A DNA stretch of 64,000 nucleotides. It comes from Deltaproteobacteria bacterium (GTDB lineage Bacteria > Desulfobacterota > JADFVX01). Shown here piece after piece: positions 1 through 9,252 of the stretch (the stretch's first letter is position 1; the number at the start of each line of letters is the position of its first letter). The notes under the pieces are model-generated. The model saw only the letters and a program-made list of their open reading frames with translations. It was not told the origin of the DNA and did not search any database. The translations under genes and the position numbers were made by a program. Location: assembly GCA_029860075.1 (NCBI GenBank), contig JAOUBX010000007.1, forward strand, positions 35,355 through 99,354, written 5' to 3'.

Positions 1-1206
1 GAAGTCCTCGGGCCAGAGGCAAGCGTTGATGAGATCAAGGATCTTATCAAGAGGAAGGGGCAGGTTTTCATCAAGCCTATCTTCAAAGGAGGTGTCGGTA
101 AAAAAGGTAAGTCCGGCCTTATCGGAAGGGCTTCCGATATTACAACGGCCATTTCAGAAAAGGAAAGACTTTATTTTGCGGAACATGTTCACGGCACGAC
201 AAGCGCCAAGGCTGACGGCGTTACTTTCGAAGGGGGAGTAGCGGCAGACCATGAAGTTTACTTTTCACTCAGTGATTCTACAGAATTCCGCGCACCTGTT
301 ATGACTATTACCCACCACGGTGGTGTCGATATCGAAGAGCTTCCGGCGGACAAGATCAAGGTTGTTCCCTTCGATCCGCTTACAGGACTGAAATCATTCC
401 ACGTATCCAATGCACTGGAAGAGCTGGGCGCTCCCAAGGAGATCATCAGCCCCCTCGTTCAGAACCTTCCCAAACTCTGGGACCTTTACAACAACTACGG
501 CATGAATATGCTTGAACTGAACCCCATCAGGATGAGCCCGAACAAAAAAGGCAGACTCGTTCCTGTTGCCTGTGACTTTAAGGGTTCTTTCGATCAGGAC
601 GATCCGGCATGGAAGAGGCTTGAGCTTCCTTCTCACCTCTTTGCTTCCGACTACTCCGAGTTCGAGCAGGAAATTAACCAGCTTAGAACTTATCAGGGAC
701 AGTCCGATGTTTTCGTCATGAATGACAAGGGAACCATTACGGCGCCTACCTTCGGTGGTGGAGCCAATGCGCTTGTAACGGAGCTTCTCGGTGACAGGGC
801 GACTATCTCTTCCGACTTCGGTGGTAACCCTCCCTATGAGAAGATGTTCCAGATTTCACAGATCTGCTTCAAGTACTGGCTCAAGCAGTCCAACGTGCTT
901 TTTGTTATCGGTGGCAAGGCGAATAATACTGATATTTATGAAACATTCAGGGCCATGGCTGACGCGCTGAGATGGTATTTCCAGACCTACGGACCGACAC
1001 CGCTTTATGTTGTTGTCGGAAGGGGCGGACCAAATCTCATCAGGGGTATGGCTTACATGAAGGACACCCTTGAGTCACTGGGTCTTCCATACAGGGTTTT
1101 CGGTTTCGACAGTGCCATGAGCGAAGTTGTAAACTATGCCCTTGCAGCGGACAAGTGGATGGAAAAAGAGGGTAGAAAACAAGTTTCAGCCCTCATAGGC
1201 GCTTGA
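1..1206 (+). CDS. aclB: ATP-citrate lyase small (beta) subunit, ATP-grasp SucC-like; 5' end cut by window edge
   Basis: Frame 1 is open from nt 1 (EVLGPEASVDEIKDL...GGVGKKGKSGLIG) and runs into the listed 301..1206 ORF. The sequence is succinyl-CoA-synthetase-beta-like and lies directly upstream of a CoA-ligase/citrate-synthase-like fusion gene. Confidence 0.7.
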   Translation, partial: EVLGPEASVDEIKDLIKRKGQVFIKPIFKGGVGKKGKSGLIGRASDITTAISEKERLYFAEHVHGTTSAKADGVTFEGGVAADHEVYFSLSDSTEFRAPVMTITHHGGVDIEELPADKIKVVPFDPLTGLKSFHVSNALEELGAPKEIISPLVQNLPKLWDLYNNYGMNMLELNPIRMSPNKKGRLVPVACDFKGSFDQDDPAWKRLELPSHLFASDYSEFEQEINQLRTYQGQSDVFVMNDKGTITAPTFGGGANALVTELLGDRATISSDFGGNPPYEKMFQISQICFKYWLKQSNVLFVIGGKANNTDIYETFRAMADALRWYFQTYGPTPLYVVVGRGGPNLIRGMAYMKDTLESLGLPYRVFGFDSAMSEVVNYALAADKWMEKEGRKQVSALIGA

Positions 1207-1226
1207 TAATAAGGAGGAAATGAGCG

Positions 1227-3926
1227 ATGCATAAAGAAGGTGTAAAAGGATTCCCTTACTACGTAGGGGTTGACTCGCTTAGCGAGATAGCGACAAAAGA
1301 TGACCGCGTTTGCGTATTAAATATTGTTGGTGGCGAGAGCAGGACCGTAACGCCTGTCAGCCATATTTATTCGGGCGGCAATATCGTTTTCGGTACCAGC
1401 CCCGGACGCTCGGGGCAGAAGCTGAAAACTTCCATTGGTGATATTCCTGTTTACAACTCGGTTAAAGAAGGACTGGCGGCAGGCCACAAGTTCAATACGG
1501 CTGTTATCTATCTTCCACCTTCCGGTGTAAGAGACGGCGTTGCCGAGGTTGTCAGGAAAAATCCCGATCTTAAGAAGGTAATCATTCTTACTGAAAAGGT
1601 ATCTGTCAGGGATTCAAGAATTGTAAGAGCTATTTGCCAGACTAACGGCGTTGACGTTTTCGGTGGTAACTGCCTCGGTGTGGCCGATTCCTGGAATCAT
1701 GTAAGGATCGGTGGCGCTCTCGGCGGTAACGCCCCTGAAGAATCTCTCCTCAAGGGTTCCGTGGCCCTCTTCTCCAACTCGGGTAACTTTACGACGACTA
1801 TCGCCGTTTATCTCGGTACGGAAGGATGGGGAACGACGACTTCCATCTCATCCGGTAAGGATGTTTATATCCAGTACGGCCCGAAAGAATTTACACATGC
1901 ATTCCATAATGATGACCGTTCAAAGGCGGCCGTTATGTACGCCGAGCCCGGTGGATATTACGAGCATGGCCTCAAGTTCGACAAGCCCGTTGTCGCCTGT
2001 GTTGTTGGACGCTGGAAGGCGAAGCTGACCAAGGCCTGCGGACATGCCGGTTCTCTTGCCGGGTCCGGTGATAACGCCATGGCTAAAGAGCAGTGGTTCA
2101 TGGACTACTTCGATTGCGATGATATTTACACACCGGAAAAGCCTGTATTCACAAAGAAGGGCGCTGTTGTTACAAACATTGCTCACATTCCTGAAGCTCT
2201 TTCAAAGGTTATGGAAGCCAACGGCATCAAGCCTGACTTCGAGCCGACAGGTGACCTTTCTCTCAAATGCTGGATGGGTAACAACCAGGGCCTCAACCTT
2301 CCTGAAGAACTCGATGTGCCTGTTGTTACGGCAATGGAGCCCTACGATGAGCAGATTGAAGCCATTGACAAGCAGGTTGGTGCTCAGTTCCCGAGACAGG
2401 CCATGAAGGACACTTCAGGCGCATCCATGATGGATCCCAAGACGCAGGTTACCAAGGTCCACAAGGTTTCCATCCTCGATTGTTCCAAGAAAAATCTTGA
2501 GGAAAACCTCGTATTCTCTCTCATGAAGGAATACCCTGAAGAGAGAGCAACAAAGCTTGCTAACCTCGCTTTTAATACCTACGTTAATATGAATGGTGAT
2601 GTTGCACTTGCTGCAGCTGATGCATCAAGAGAAGCGGAGAACTCGCCAAATACGGTTCTTGCTTCTGCTATTTCTATTATCGGTAAAGGCCGTGCCAAAA
2701 AGGCCACTGCCGCTATCGATCTTATGACGGAGCTTTTCCAGCATGATAAAGTAGAAGATCCTTTTGCCGGTGACGGCGCTGCCAGGGCGGGCGCTCTTTC
2801 TGCCGATCAGAAGGCGGTATTAACTGACGGTGAAGATGGTTCCAAATTCCTGGAAAGCGCAAAATCACTTGGTGGTGATTCCATGTTCATCCAACTCCTC
2901 GATGCAGCGACAGGCGGCAAGCCTTCACAAGACGCCGTACTTGGCGCTATCTGGGCGACTGTTGGCTGGAGCGGTCTCATGAGGAAGAAAATTTCCAAAC
3001 TTACCATGGGCGAACTCCCCTGGTATTCGCTTGTATTCAGCGCATTTGTCGGTGCTTCCGTTCCTGCTGCCAAGCATACGGCTGACAGCTTCTGCGGTGT
3101 GAAGAGTGATGAGATCATTGATGGCTGGAGCTTTACGGAAACGGCCTTCCTTGCTCTTATCGGTAAAAAGCCGAATAAAGCGGAGCTCTTCGAGTTCAGC
3201 GTTCTTCTCGGTCTTATCATCTCCAACGGTCCGGGAACAATCTCTGCCCAGGGCGCTAAAGGCGCCGTCAGTGCAGACGGCCCGCAGGACCCACTGAGAG
3301 TCCAGATCAACAAAGCCTTCGTTGGAATGCTCACGCACACCGGTTTTGCCCATGGCGGTAACGGTTACGAGGCGGTTGCCTTCCTTATCGACCTCTTCAA
3401 GAGCAGTGGTCTCAAGGACCCTGCCGATAAGGGACACGGTATCGACCTCAAGGCGATTGCAACTAAATACTCCAGGGACTACGCCGACTACAAGAAGCGT
3501 GAGAAAGCGGCAGGAAACATCGATTACGCCAAGGTGCCCTGTATTAACCACCCTGTCTTCAAAGGCAAGGATGTTAACTACGACCCAAGAGAGCAATTCG
3601 TCTCAGGGCTCTTTAACGACAAGGGGATTTACAACGTATTCCTCGATTTCTACCACAATATAGTTCAGTCCATGTTTGAGACAAAGGTAACGAAGAACGT
3701 TTACTGTGTTAATGTAGACGCTGTTATTGCTGTCATCCTTCTCAAGATGGTCTGGGGCCTCTACAACGACGGCAAGATAAGTGACGCTGAAGTTGAAAGC
3801 GCTGGTTTCACGACCTTCCTCTTCGGCAGGATGATCGGTACGGCCATCGAAGCGGACGATCACCAGAACAGGGGCAGGAATATGGATACAAGAACTGCGG
3901 CAAGCAAGTGCAGCTATGTAGGGTAA
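1227..3926 (+). CDS. aclA: ATP-citrate lyase large (alpha) subunit-like; SucD-like CoA-ligase N-terminus, long middle region, citrate-synthase-like C-terminus
   Basis: SD AAGGAGG lies upstream. The N-terminus is SCS-alpha-like and has the phosphohistidine motif CGHAGSLAG. The C-terminus has citrate-synthase-like motifs (FAHGGNGYEA, NHPVFKGKD, DDHQNRG). At 899 aa it is longer than the roughly 600 aa recalled for classical AclA. Confidence 0.7.
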   Translation: MHKEGVKGFPYYVGVDSLSEIATKDDRVCVLNIVGGESRTVTPVSHIYSGGNIVFGTSPGRSGQKLKTSIGDIPVYNSVKEGLAAGHKFNTAVIYLPPSGVRDGVAEVVRKNPDLKKVIILTEKVSVRDSRIVRAICQTNGVDVFGGNCLGVADSWNHVRIGGALGGNAPEESLLKGSVALFSNSGNFTTTIAVYLGTEGWGTTTSISSGKDVYIQYGPKEFTHAFHNDDRSKAAVMYAEPGGYYEHGLKFDKPVVACVVGRWKAKLTKACGHAGSLAGSGDNAMAKEQWFMDYFDCDDIYTPEKPVFTKKGAVVTNIAHIPEALSKVMEANGIKPDFEPTGDLSLKCWMGNNQGLNLPEELDVPVVTAMEPYDEQIEAIDKQVGAQFPRQAMKDTSGASMMDPKTQVTKVHKVSILDCSKKNLEENLVFSLMKEYPEERATKLANLAFNTYVNMNGDVALAAADASREAENSPNTVLASAISIIGKGRAKKATAAIDLMTELFQHDKVEDPFAGDGAARAGALSADQKAVLTDGEDGSKFLESAKSLGGDSMFIQLLDAATGGKPSQDAVLGAIWATVGWSGLMRKKISKLTMGELPWYSLVFSAFVGASVPAAKHTADSFCGVKSDEIIDGWSFTETAFLALIGKKPNKAELFEFSVLLGLIISNGPGTISAQGAKGAVSADGPQDPLRVQINKAFVGMLTHTGFAHGGNGYEAVAFLIDLFKSSGLKDPADKGHGIDLKAIATKYSRDYADYKKREKAAGNIDYAKVPCINHPVFKGKDVNYDPREQFVSGLFNDKGIYNVFLDFYHNIVQSMFETKVTKNVYCVNVDAVIAVILLKMVWGLYNDGKISDAEVESAGFTTFLFGRMIGTAIEADDHQNRGRNMDTRTAASKCSYVG

Positions 3927-3953
3927 GTATCTGAATTATAGATTGACTGAAAA

Positions 3954-3985
3954 GGCCCTCCCCGATTCGGGAGGGCCTTTTTTTT
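3954..3985 (+). terminator. Rho-independent terminator after the ACL genes
   Basis: Perfect 10-bp stem ggccctcccg/cgggagggcc with a 3-nt loop, followed by T8. Confidence 0.8.
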
Positions 3986-4140
3986 GATTCTTCCCTCCTG
4001 CAACAAACAAAATTATCCTTCTCTAAATGATAGTAGCTTTTAACCGGAAAGTTGCAATTTCTTATTAAATATGATTTAGTTTAAATCAAAATCTTTGCAT
4101 GGCTGGCTGACGATGCGAAAAAAATACTTAAAGGGGAACA

Positions 4141-4749
4141 ATGATTAAAGCAATGCGAATATTGGTTCTAATGCTCCTGGCTTCATTAGTTGCGACAGGA
4201 TGTTCGACGATGGATGTTGCTCCCGAGCGCGGCATGGACCAAAATGGTAATCCCGTTTTCAATTCAATTCAGATATATGAGCAATCGAATGAAGAATACG
4301 ATCTAGTCGCCGGTTACTATACAATTGGTGGCAATATCGCCAATCCCGAATCATCCGTTTTTGTATCGATCGATCCTACAATTGCCGAAATAATGGACTT
4401 CGCAACGGGGAGACCTTCCTATTTTTTCGTTGTACACAAGCGTCGGATCACGAAAGCACTTCTTTCATTGAACCCGATCAATGGTGGACGCGGCTATAAT
4501 TACACACTGGTGGACGCCGAAACCGGCACTGCAGAAAGGGCACCTTCAAAATTGCGTGGCAGCTTGACAGAGCACAGGTACAAAGAATTGACTGGTGCGT
4601 TGACTGGTCCTGAGAAAGACACGATTGAATTCAAGGCAGACGAGGCTGTCGGCGTCCCCGTGAATGGCGTATATTACCTGGTGCTTCCTTTTGAAGATGT
4701 ATTGAATGAAGTGACAGGTATTATTGAAGAGCGGATGTTAATCCAATAA
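4141..4749 (+). CDS. Hypothetical lipoprotein
   Basis: The signal peptide has a lipobox (LLASLVATGC|S). SD GGGGA lies upstream. No recognisable domain. Confidence 0.6.
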   Translation: MIKAMRILVLMLLASLVATGCSTMDVAPERGMDQNGNPVFNSIQIYEQSNEEYDLVAGYYTIGGNIANPESSVFVSIDPTIAEIMDFATGRPSYFFVVHKRRITKALLSLNPINGGRGYNYTLVDAETGTAERAPSKLRGSLTEHRYKELTGALTGPEKDTIEFKADEAVGVPVNGVYYLVLPFEDVLNEVTGIIEERMLIQ

Positions 4750-5934
4750 CTCTCTCTTCGATTTTTTCAAAACCTTCACTCTTTCCGTATAGATGAAATA
4801 TTCACTCCAGACCATGACCTGTTCCCAGAAATATTCGATGATTCGTTGAGACCAGGGGCGTTTGACCCATGATGTTAGATCAATTTGGGTGCAATTCTGA
4901 AAATCATCGTTAAACATTTCCATAACCTGATGGGCAAAGTCATTATCCCTTACTTCCTGGTTTGCTTCCATGTTCCAGCGAAGACTCCACCGGTCGAGAT
5001 TGGTAGACCCTATGGAGACCCAGTTGTCACAAAGCATGACTTTCGAGTGGAGAAAAGAGGGTTCATATTCATAGATTTTTACACCGCTTTTCAGCAGTTT
5101 GAAATAATAGGTTTGGCTTATTCTTCTTACCGACGGGTGATCCGTGCGGCTGCCCGGTAAAATGATCCTCACATCGATGCCTTTTCTGGCAGCCTTTGCC
5201 AGTGTGCGCCTGATCTTCCAGGTAGGAATGAAATAGGCCGTCATGATCCAGACCCTTTTTTTTGAAGTTCTTACGCGGCTTATTAGAGACCTGATGGTGG
5301 CATGTCTTTTTCTGCGATCAAAAAAGGCCACCTTCCCCTGCATTATTCCTGCCGTGCCGTGGTTCTTTGCCGGGGAGAGGGATGCTTCCCTTTTGCTCCA
5401 CCTTTTCCAGAGGTTCAGAAAGGACCTTGCCCAGTCTTTTGTTACGGGTCCTCTGATCTGGACCATTGTTTCCCGCCAATATGTGCTTTTGCCGTCGTTG
5501 GCGCTGAATTCGTCGGTCAGGCCGGCGCCTCCCGTAAAGGCTGTTTTACCATCGATGACGAGAAGTTTCCTGTGATTCCTGTGAAGATTAAAGCGCCACT
5601 TCCAGTAGCGAAGGGGATTAAAAAAAGCCATTTCTATTTTGCTTTTATTAATCCTTTGCCGGTCCGCATGTCCAAGTTTCCAGGAGCCGAAATCATCGAT
5701 GAGGAGGTAGACTTTAACGCCCCTTTCAGCGGCCTTAACAAGTTCATTGATAAAGCGCGTGGTTATATCCCCCGATTCCATAAGATACATTTCAAGGAGA
5801 ATGTATTCCCTTGCCTCCCTGACGGCATCGAGCATTGCCGTAAAAAAAACAGGGCCGTTAACTAAAAGGCTGAAGTGGTTGCCTTCTTTCCAGGGGCTTC
5901 CTCTTCTGATTAGGCTTGCTTTTTTTTTCTTCAT
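4738..5934 (-). CDS. Phospholipase D family protein / cardiolipin synthase (ClsB-like)
   Basis: Two HKD motifs are present (HRKLLVIDGKTAFTGGAGLTDE and HSKVMLCDNWVSIGSTNLD). The ATG at 5934 is preferred over the upstream TTG at 5970. Confidence 0.75.
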   Translation of the reverse strand: MKKKKASLIRRGSPWKEGNHFSLLVNGPVFFTAMLDAVREAREYILLEMYLMESGDITTRFINELVKAAERGVKVYLLIDDFGSWKLGHADRQRINKSKIEMAFFNPLRYWKWRFNLHRNHRKLLVIDGKTAFTGGAGLTDEFSANDGKSTYWRETMVQIRGPVTKDWARSFLNLWKRWSKREASLSPAKNHGTAGIMQGKVAFFDRRKRHATIRSLISRVRTSKKRVWIMTAYFIPTWKIRRTLAKAARKGIDVRIILPGSRTDHPSVRRISQTYYFKLLKSGVKIYEYEPSFLHSKVMLCDNWVSIGSTNLDRWSLRWNMEANQEVRDNDFAHQVMEMFNDDFQNCTQIDLTSWVKRPWSQRIIEYFWEQVMVWSEYFIYTERVKVLKKSKRELLD

Positions 5935-6045
5935 TTTTATCTTTCGGGAAAAAAGGTGAAATGTGTTCAATTTAGTTCAAGTTATGTGACAAGTCTATTA
6001 AATTTTAGCATAGTTTAAAAAAAGGGTTTTGTGGCTATTCATGTC

Positions 6046-6131
6046 TCCCCCTTTATCAAAGGGGGAATAAGGGGGATTTTCTAATTGCGGTAATTACAAA
6101 TCCCCCCTCACCCCCCTTTACGAAAGGGGGG
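6046..6131. repeat. Cluster of three C5-6/G5-6 hairpins (cccccttt..aaaggggg type)
   Basis: Three hairpins were read directly: ccccctttatcaaaggggg, gggggatttt...aaatccccc and cccccctttacgaaagggggg. Related hairpins occur at 6686-6703 and 58770-58865. Confidence 0.7.
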
Positions 6132-6268
6132 AATGGAATATGCTTATGTTTTGTACGCTTTTTCATAGAGTTTCAAGCAGTTCCGACGCTTTACAATTGC
6201 ATTTGAGGGCGTTTCAGATTATGATATGTCACTGTCTTGAACAGTCAAAGCGTTTAATGGAGGGGATT

Positions 6269-6619
6269 ATGCTGGACCTAATCAAGAAAAGTCTGGAGGC
6301 TGCCATCGGAGGTATCTCCAGCACGCAGGAAAAGATGAAAGAGCTTGCCGATGAGCTTGTTGTCAAAGGGCACCTTACAAAGAAGGAGGGTGTTGATCTT
6401 CTTGAGGAGCTAAAAGAGACGGTAAAGGAGAGTCATAAGAAACTTTCAGCCATTATTGAAGATCAGGTAAGAAAAATCATGAAAGAGATGGGTGTTGCCA
6501 CCCGGGCTGATGTAAAGGCTTTGACGGGCAGGATTGATAAGCTCGAAAAAGAGCTTGCAAAAAGTAAGAAAAAAAGCGCCCCTGAAAAGCCTGCAAAGGC
6601 GAAAACGAAAAAAAACTGA
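6269..6619 (+). CDS. Phasin-family / PHA-regulator-like coiled-coil protein (COG3937-like)
   Basis: The ATG at 6269 is preceded by GGAGGGG. The sequence (MLDLIKKSLEAAIGG...KELADELVVKGHLTKKEG...ATRADVKALTGRIDKLEKEL) has the typical phasin layout and a Lys-rich tail. Confidence 0.55.
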   Translation: MLDLIKKSLEAAIGGISSTQEKMKELADELVVKGHLTKKEGVDLLEELKETVKESHKKLSAIIEDQVRKIMKEMGVATRADVKALTGRIDKLEKELAKSKKKSAPEKPAKAKTKKN

Positions 6620-6641
6620 AAAAGTCGGAAACCTGACAGGG

Positions 6642-6672
6642 GACAGGTCATCTTAAAACCTGTCTCTTTTAT
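6642..6672 (+). terminator. Rho-independent terminator
   Basis: Stem gacaggt/acctgtc with a 9-nt loop, followed by a T-rich run. Confidence 0.55.
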
Positions 6673-6766
6673 TACGCAGCATTCTTCCCCCTCTTGCAAG
6701 GGGGATTCTTTTTCCTGTCACTTTTACCGGAAAAAAGAGTATTAAAGATATTAAGGAGAGTAAAAA

Positions 6767-7639
6767 ATGTTTGAAGGTGCATTTTCGGCGCTGGTTACAC
6801 CCTTTAAGGATAATCAGGTCGATGAAGAAGCCTTAAGGGGAATTATCGGTTTTCAGATATCGAAAGGGATAAACGGGCTGGTCCCTTGCGGGACGACAGG
6901 TGAGTCGGCAACGCTTACCTATGAAGAGCATAAAAAAGTGATCGAGATTACCGTCGATGCGGCAGATGGCCGTGTTCCCGTCATTGCCGGCGCCGGGTCT
7001 AATTCGACGGCTGAAACGATAGACCTGGCAGCCCATGCAAAAAAAGCGGGCGCCCATGGGGCCTTGCTTATTACACCTTATTATAATAAACCGACACAGG
7101 AGGGGCTTTATCTTCATTATAAAAGCGTTGCTCAAGCCGTTGATTTGCCGCTTGTTCTTTATAACGTGCCGGGCAGGACCTGTGTCAACATGCTTCCCGA
7201 AACGTCAGCAAAGCTTTCAGCCATAGAAAACATCGTCGGTATCAAGGAGGCAACGGCTGATATGGAGCAGATCAGCTGGCTGAAAAAACTTTGCCGTGAT
7301 CAGTTTTCCATTCTCTCCGGTGATGACGCCACAGTGCTCCCCATGATGACTCTTGGCGGCCGTGGTGTAATTTCCGTCGTTTCCAACGTGGTTCCCGGAG
7401 AGATGGCCGCCCTTTGCCGGGCCTGCCTCGATGGTGACAGGGATAAGGCGCTGGACATTCATTACCGGTTGCTGCCGCTTACCAGGGCGCTTTTTAGTGA
7501 AACCAATCCTATTCCCGTTAAAGAAGCGATTCATATGATGGGGCTCATGAGTGATGAGGTGAGGCTTCCCCTGACGAGGTTGCCCGAAGATAAGAGGCCT
7601 GCCTTGTCAGCAGTACTAAAAGAACTTGATGTTATTTAA
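6767..7639 (+). CDS. dapA: 4-hydroxy-tetrahydrodipicolinate synthase
   Basis: Full-length DapA-like sequence (ALVTPF...GLVPCGTTGESATLT...YNVPGRT...GIKEA). SD AAGGAGAG lies upstream. Confidence 0.9.
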   Translation: MFEGAFSALVTPFKDNQVDEEALRGIIGFQISKGINGLVPCGTTGESATLTYEEHKKVIEITVDAADGRVPVIAGAGSNSTAETIDLAAHAKKAGAHGALLITPYYNKPTQEGLYLHYKSVAQAVDLPLVLYNVPGRTCVNMLPETSAKLSAIENIVGIKEATADMEQISWLKKLCRDQFSILSGDDATVLPMMTLGGRGVISVVSNVVPGEMAALCRACLDGDRDKALDIHYRLLPLTRALFSETNPIPVKEAIHMMGLMSDEVRLPLTRLPEDKRPALSAVLKELDVI

Positions 7640-7653
7640 GAGGGTTTATTAAA

Positions 7654-8172
7654 GTGGAAAAAATGTTTGAATCTATGCTCTGGAACAGCCGTTATCTGGT
7701 ATTGCTTGCTGTTATTGCCAGTCTGCTTACGTCGGTTCTTCTCTTTTTTATGGCCTTTTTTAATGTAGGCTATCTGTTGATGAATTCCGTCGCATACATT
7801 GGAGATTTCCTTTCCGGAGAGATAACAAAGGAGATGAAGTATGCCTTTCATGCCGATATGGTGGGGCAGATTATCAGTTCCATTGATGATTTTTTGCTCG
7901 GTACGGTGCTGCTCATCTTTTCGCTGGGGCTTTATGAACTTTTCATCAGCAAGATAGACCAGGCGGAAGAGGGGAACCAGATCCTGCTCATTAGGAACCT
8001 CGATGATCTGAAAAACAGGCTTGCCAAGGTCATACTTATGATCCTCATTGTGACCTTTTTCAAGAATGTTATCCAGATTAATTACCATGAGCCGCTCAAT
8101 ATTCTTTATCTTGCCGCGGGAATCCTCATGGTTGCCCTGGCGCTTTACTTTTCTCACAAACAGGAGCATTAA
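7654..8172 (+). CDS. YqhA/UPF0114 family membrane protein
   Basis: Family-typical N-terminus (FESMLWNSRYLVLLAVIASLL) and several TM helices. The start could instead be the ATG at 7663. Confidence 0.6.
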   Translation: MEKMFESMLWNSRYLVLLAVIASLLTSVLLFFMAFFNVGYLLMNSVAYIGDFLSGEITKEMKYAFHADMVGQIISSIDDFLLGTVLLIFSLGLYELFISKIDQAEEGNQILLIRNLDDLKNRLAKVILMILIVTFFKNVIQINYHEPLNILYLAAGILMVALALYFSHKQEH

Positions 8173-9134
8173 TGCCCATATCGCTTGCGCTCCTTGTCGT
8201 CGGATTCGCTCTGCTGGCCAAAGGTGGAGATTTTCTTGTCGATGGCGCTTCCTCCATTGCCAAGCATTTTAAGGTCTCCGAGCTGGTCATCGGCCTTACT
8301 ATTGTCTCGCTGGGTACTTCCGCGCCGGAACTGCTCGTCAACATTATTGCTTCTGTGGGCGGCAGTTCAGGCATTGCTCTTGGGAACGTTTTCGGCAGTA
8401 ACATTTGTAATACATTACTCATCCTCGGTGTGGCTGCCGTCATTGCACCCATTTCGGTACAGCGGGGTACCGTTTGGAAAGAGATCCCCTTTTCACTCTT
8501 TATTACCTTCGTGCTGGGTCTGCTTTTAAACGATACTTTTTTCGGCAATTCAGGCGCAGACCGTCTGTCCAGGGGGGATGGCTTCGTGCTTCTCGTTCTT
8601 TTCGGGCTTTTTATGTACTACGTTTTTACAATCAGCAGCAGTGATGAAGCGGGCGGAGAGGATGGCGAGATTGCCGATATGGGGCTTGGCAAGTCTTCTG
8701 TTTTTATTGTTCTGGGACTGGTTGGTCTTGTGGCGGGAGGTAAGCTGGTTGTCACAGGCGCCGTTGATATTGCAAGGACTTTCGGAGTCAGTGAGGCCCT
8801 TATCGGACTGACTATTGTTGCTATCGGAACGTCACTGCCGGAACTCTTCGCTTCGGCCATGGCTGCCTATCGCGGCAAGTCCGATATTGCCATAGGCAAC
8901 GTAGTCGGATCGAATATTTTTAACGTTCTTTTCGTTCTCGGCATCAGTTCCGTTATCAAGACCATTCCCTATCCCTCCTTATTAAATGCAGACCTCGCTC
9001 TTGTTGTCCTGTCCATTTTTTTTGTTTTTGCTTTCATGTTTTCAGGCAGGAAGCACCGCCTGGAAAGATGGGAGGGCGCGTTGCTTGTATTTACCTATTT
9101 CGCCTACATGGTTTATCTTGGCATAAGGGAATAG
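8172..9134 (+). CDS. Ca2+/Na+ antiporter, CaCA (YrbG) family
   Basis: Two alpha-repeat motifs are present (GLTIVSLGTSAPELLVN and GLTIVAIGTSLPELFAS; GNVFGSNI/GNVVGSNI). It is coupled to the upstream gene through a TAATG overlap. Confidence 0.85.
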   Translation: MPISLALLVVGFALLAKGGDFLVDGASSIAKHFKVSELVIGLTIVSLGTSAPELLVNIIASVGGSSGIALGNVFGSNICNTLLILGVAAVIAPISVQRGTVWKEIPFSLFITFVLGLLLNDTFFGNSGADRLSRGDGFVLLVLFGLFMYYVFTISSSDEAGGEDGEIADMGLGKSSVFIVLGLVGLVAGGKLVVTGAVDIARTFGVSEALIGLTIVAIGTSLPELFASAMAAYRGKSDIAIGNVVGSNIFNVLFVLGISSVIKTIPYPSLLNADLALVVLSIFFVFAFMFSGRKHRLERWEGALLVFTYFAYMVYLGIRE

Positions 9135-9160
9135 TAGAAGCTCTCCCGGCATTTGCTTGT

Positions 9161-9235
9161 CATTCCCGATTTAGTCGGGAACCCATAAAACCTAAAAGAT
9201 TATTTTAGACGGGATTAGCATGATTTACGGGATAA
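9161..9235. repeat. Intergenic repeat fragment (ttcccga..tcgggaa hairpin plus gacgggatt units)
   Basis: Shares the motifs ttagacgggatt and acgggata with the repeats at 10.7, 11.9 and 17.1-17.4 kb. Confidence 0.6.
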
Positions 9236-9252
9236 AGATGAAAAATGAAATG

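Noticed and set aside
26-241. 71-aa plus-strand ORF at the window start.
   Set aside because: It is out of frame with the continuous aclB reading frame, which is open from nt 1 and has clear ATP-grasp similarity.
4050-4140. Possible sigma54 promoter (tggctggctgacgatgcg) upstream of the lipoprotein gene.
   Set aside because: The spacing between the GG and GC elements does not fit the TGGCAC-N5-TTGC consensus in either register.
6140-6268. N-terminal extension of the phasin-like ORF (start at 6140).
   Set aside because: The extension is Cys/His/Phe-rich, unlike the rest of the protein, and it begins inside the hairpin repeat cluster. The internal ATG at 6269 has a strong GGAGGGG SD.
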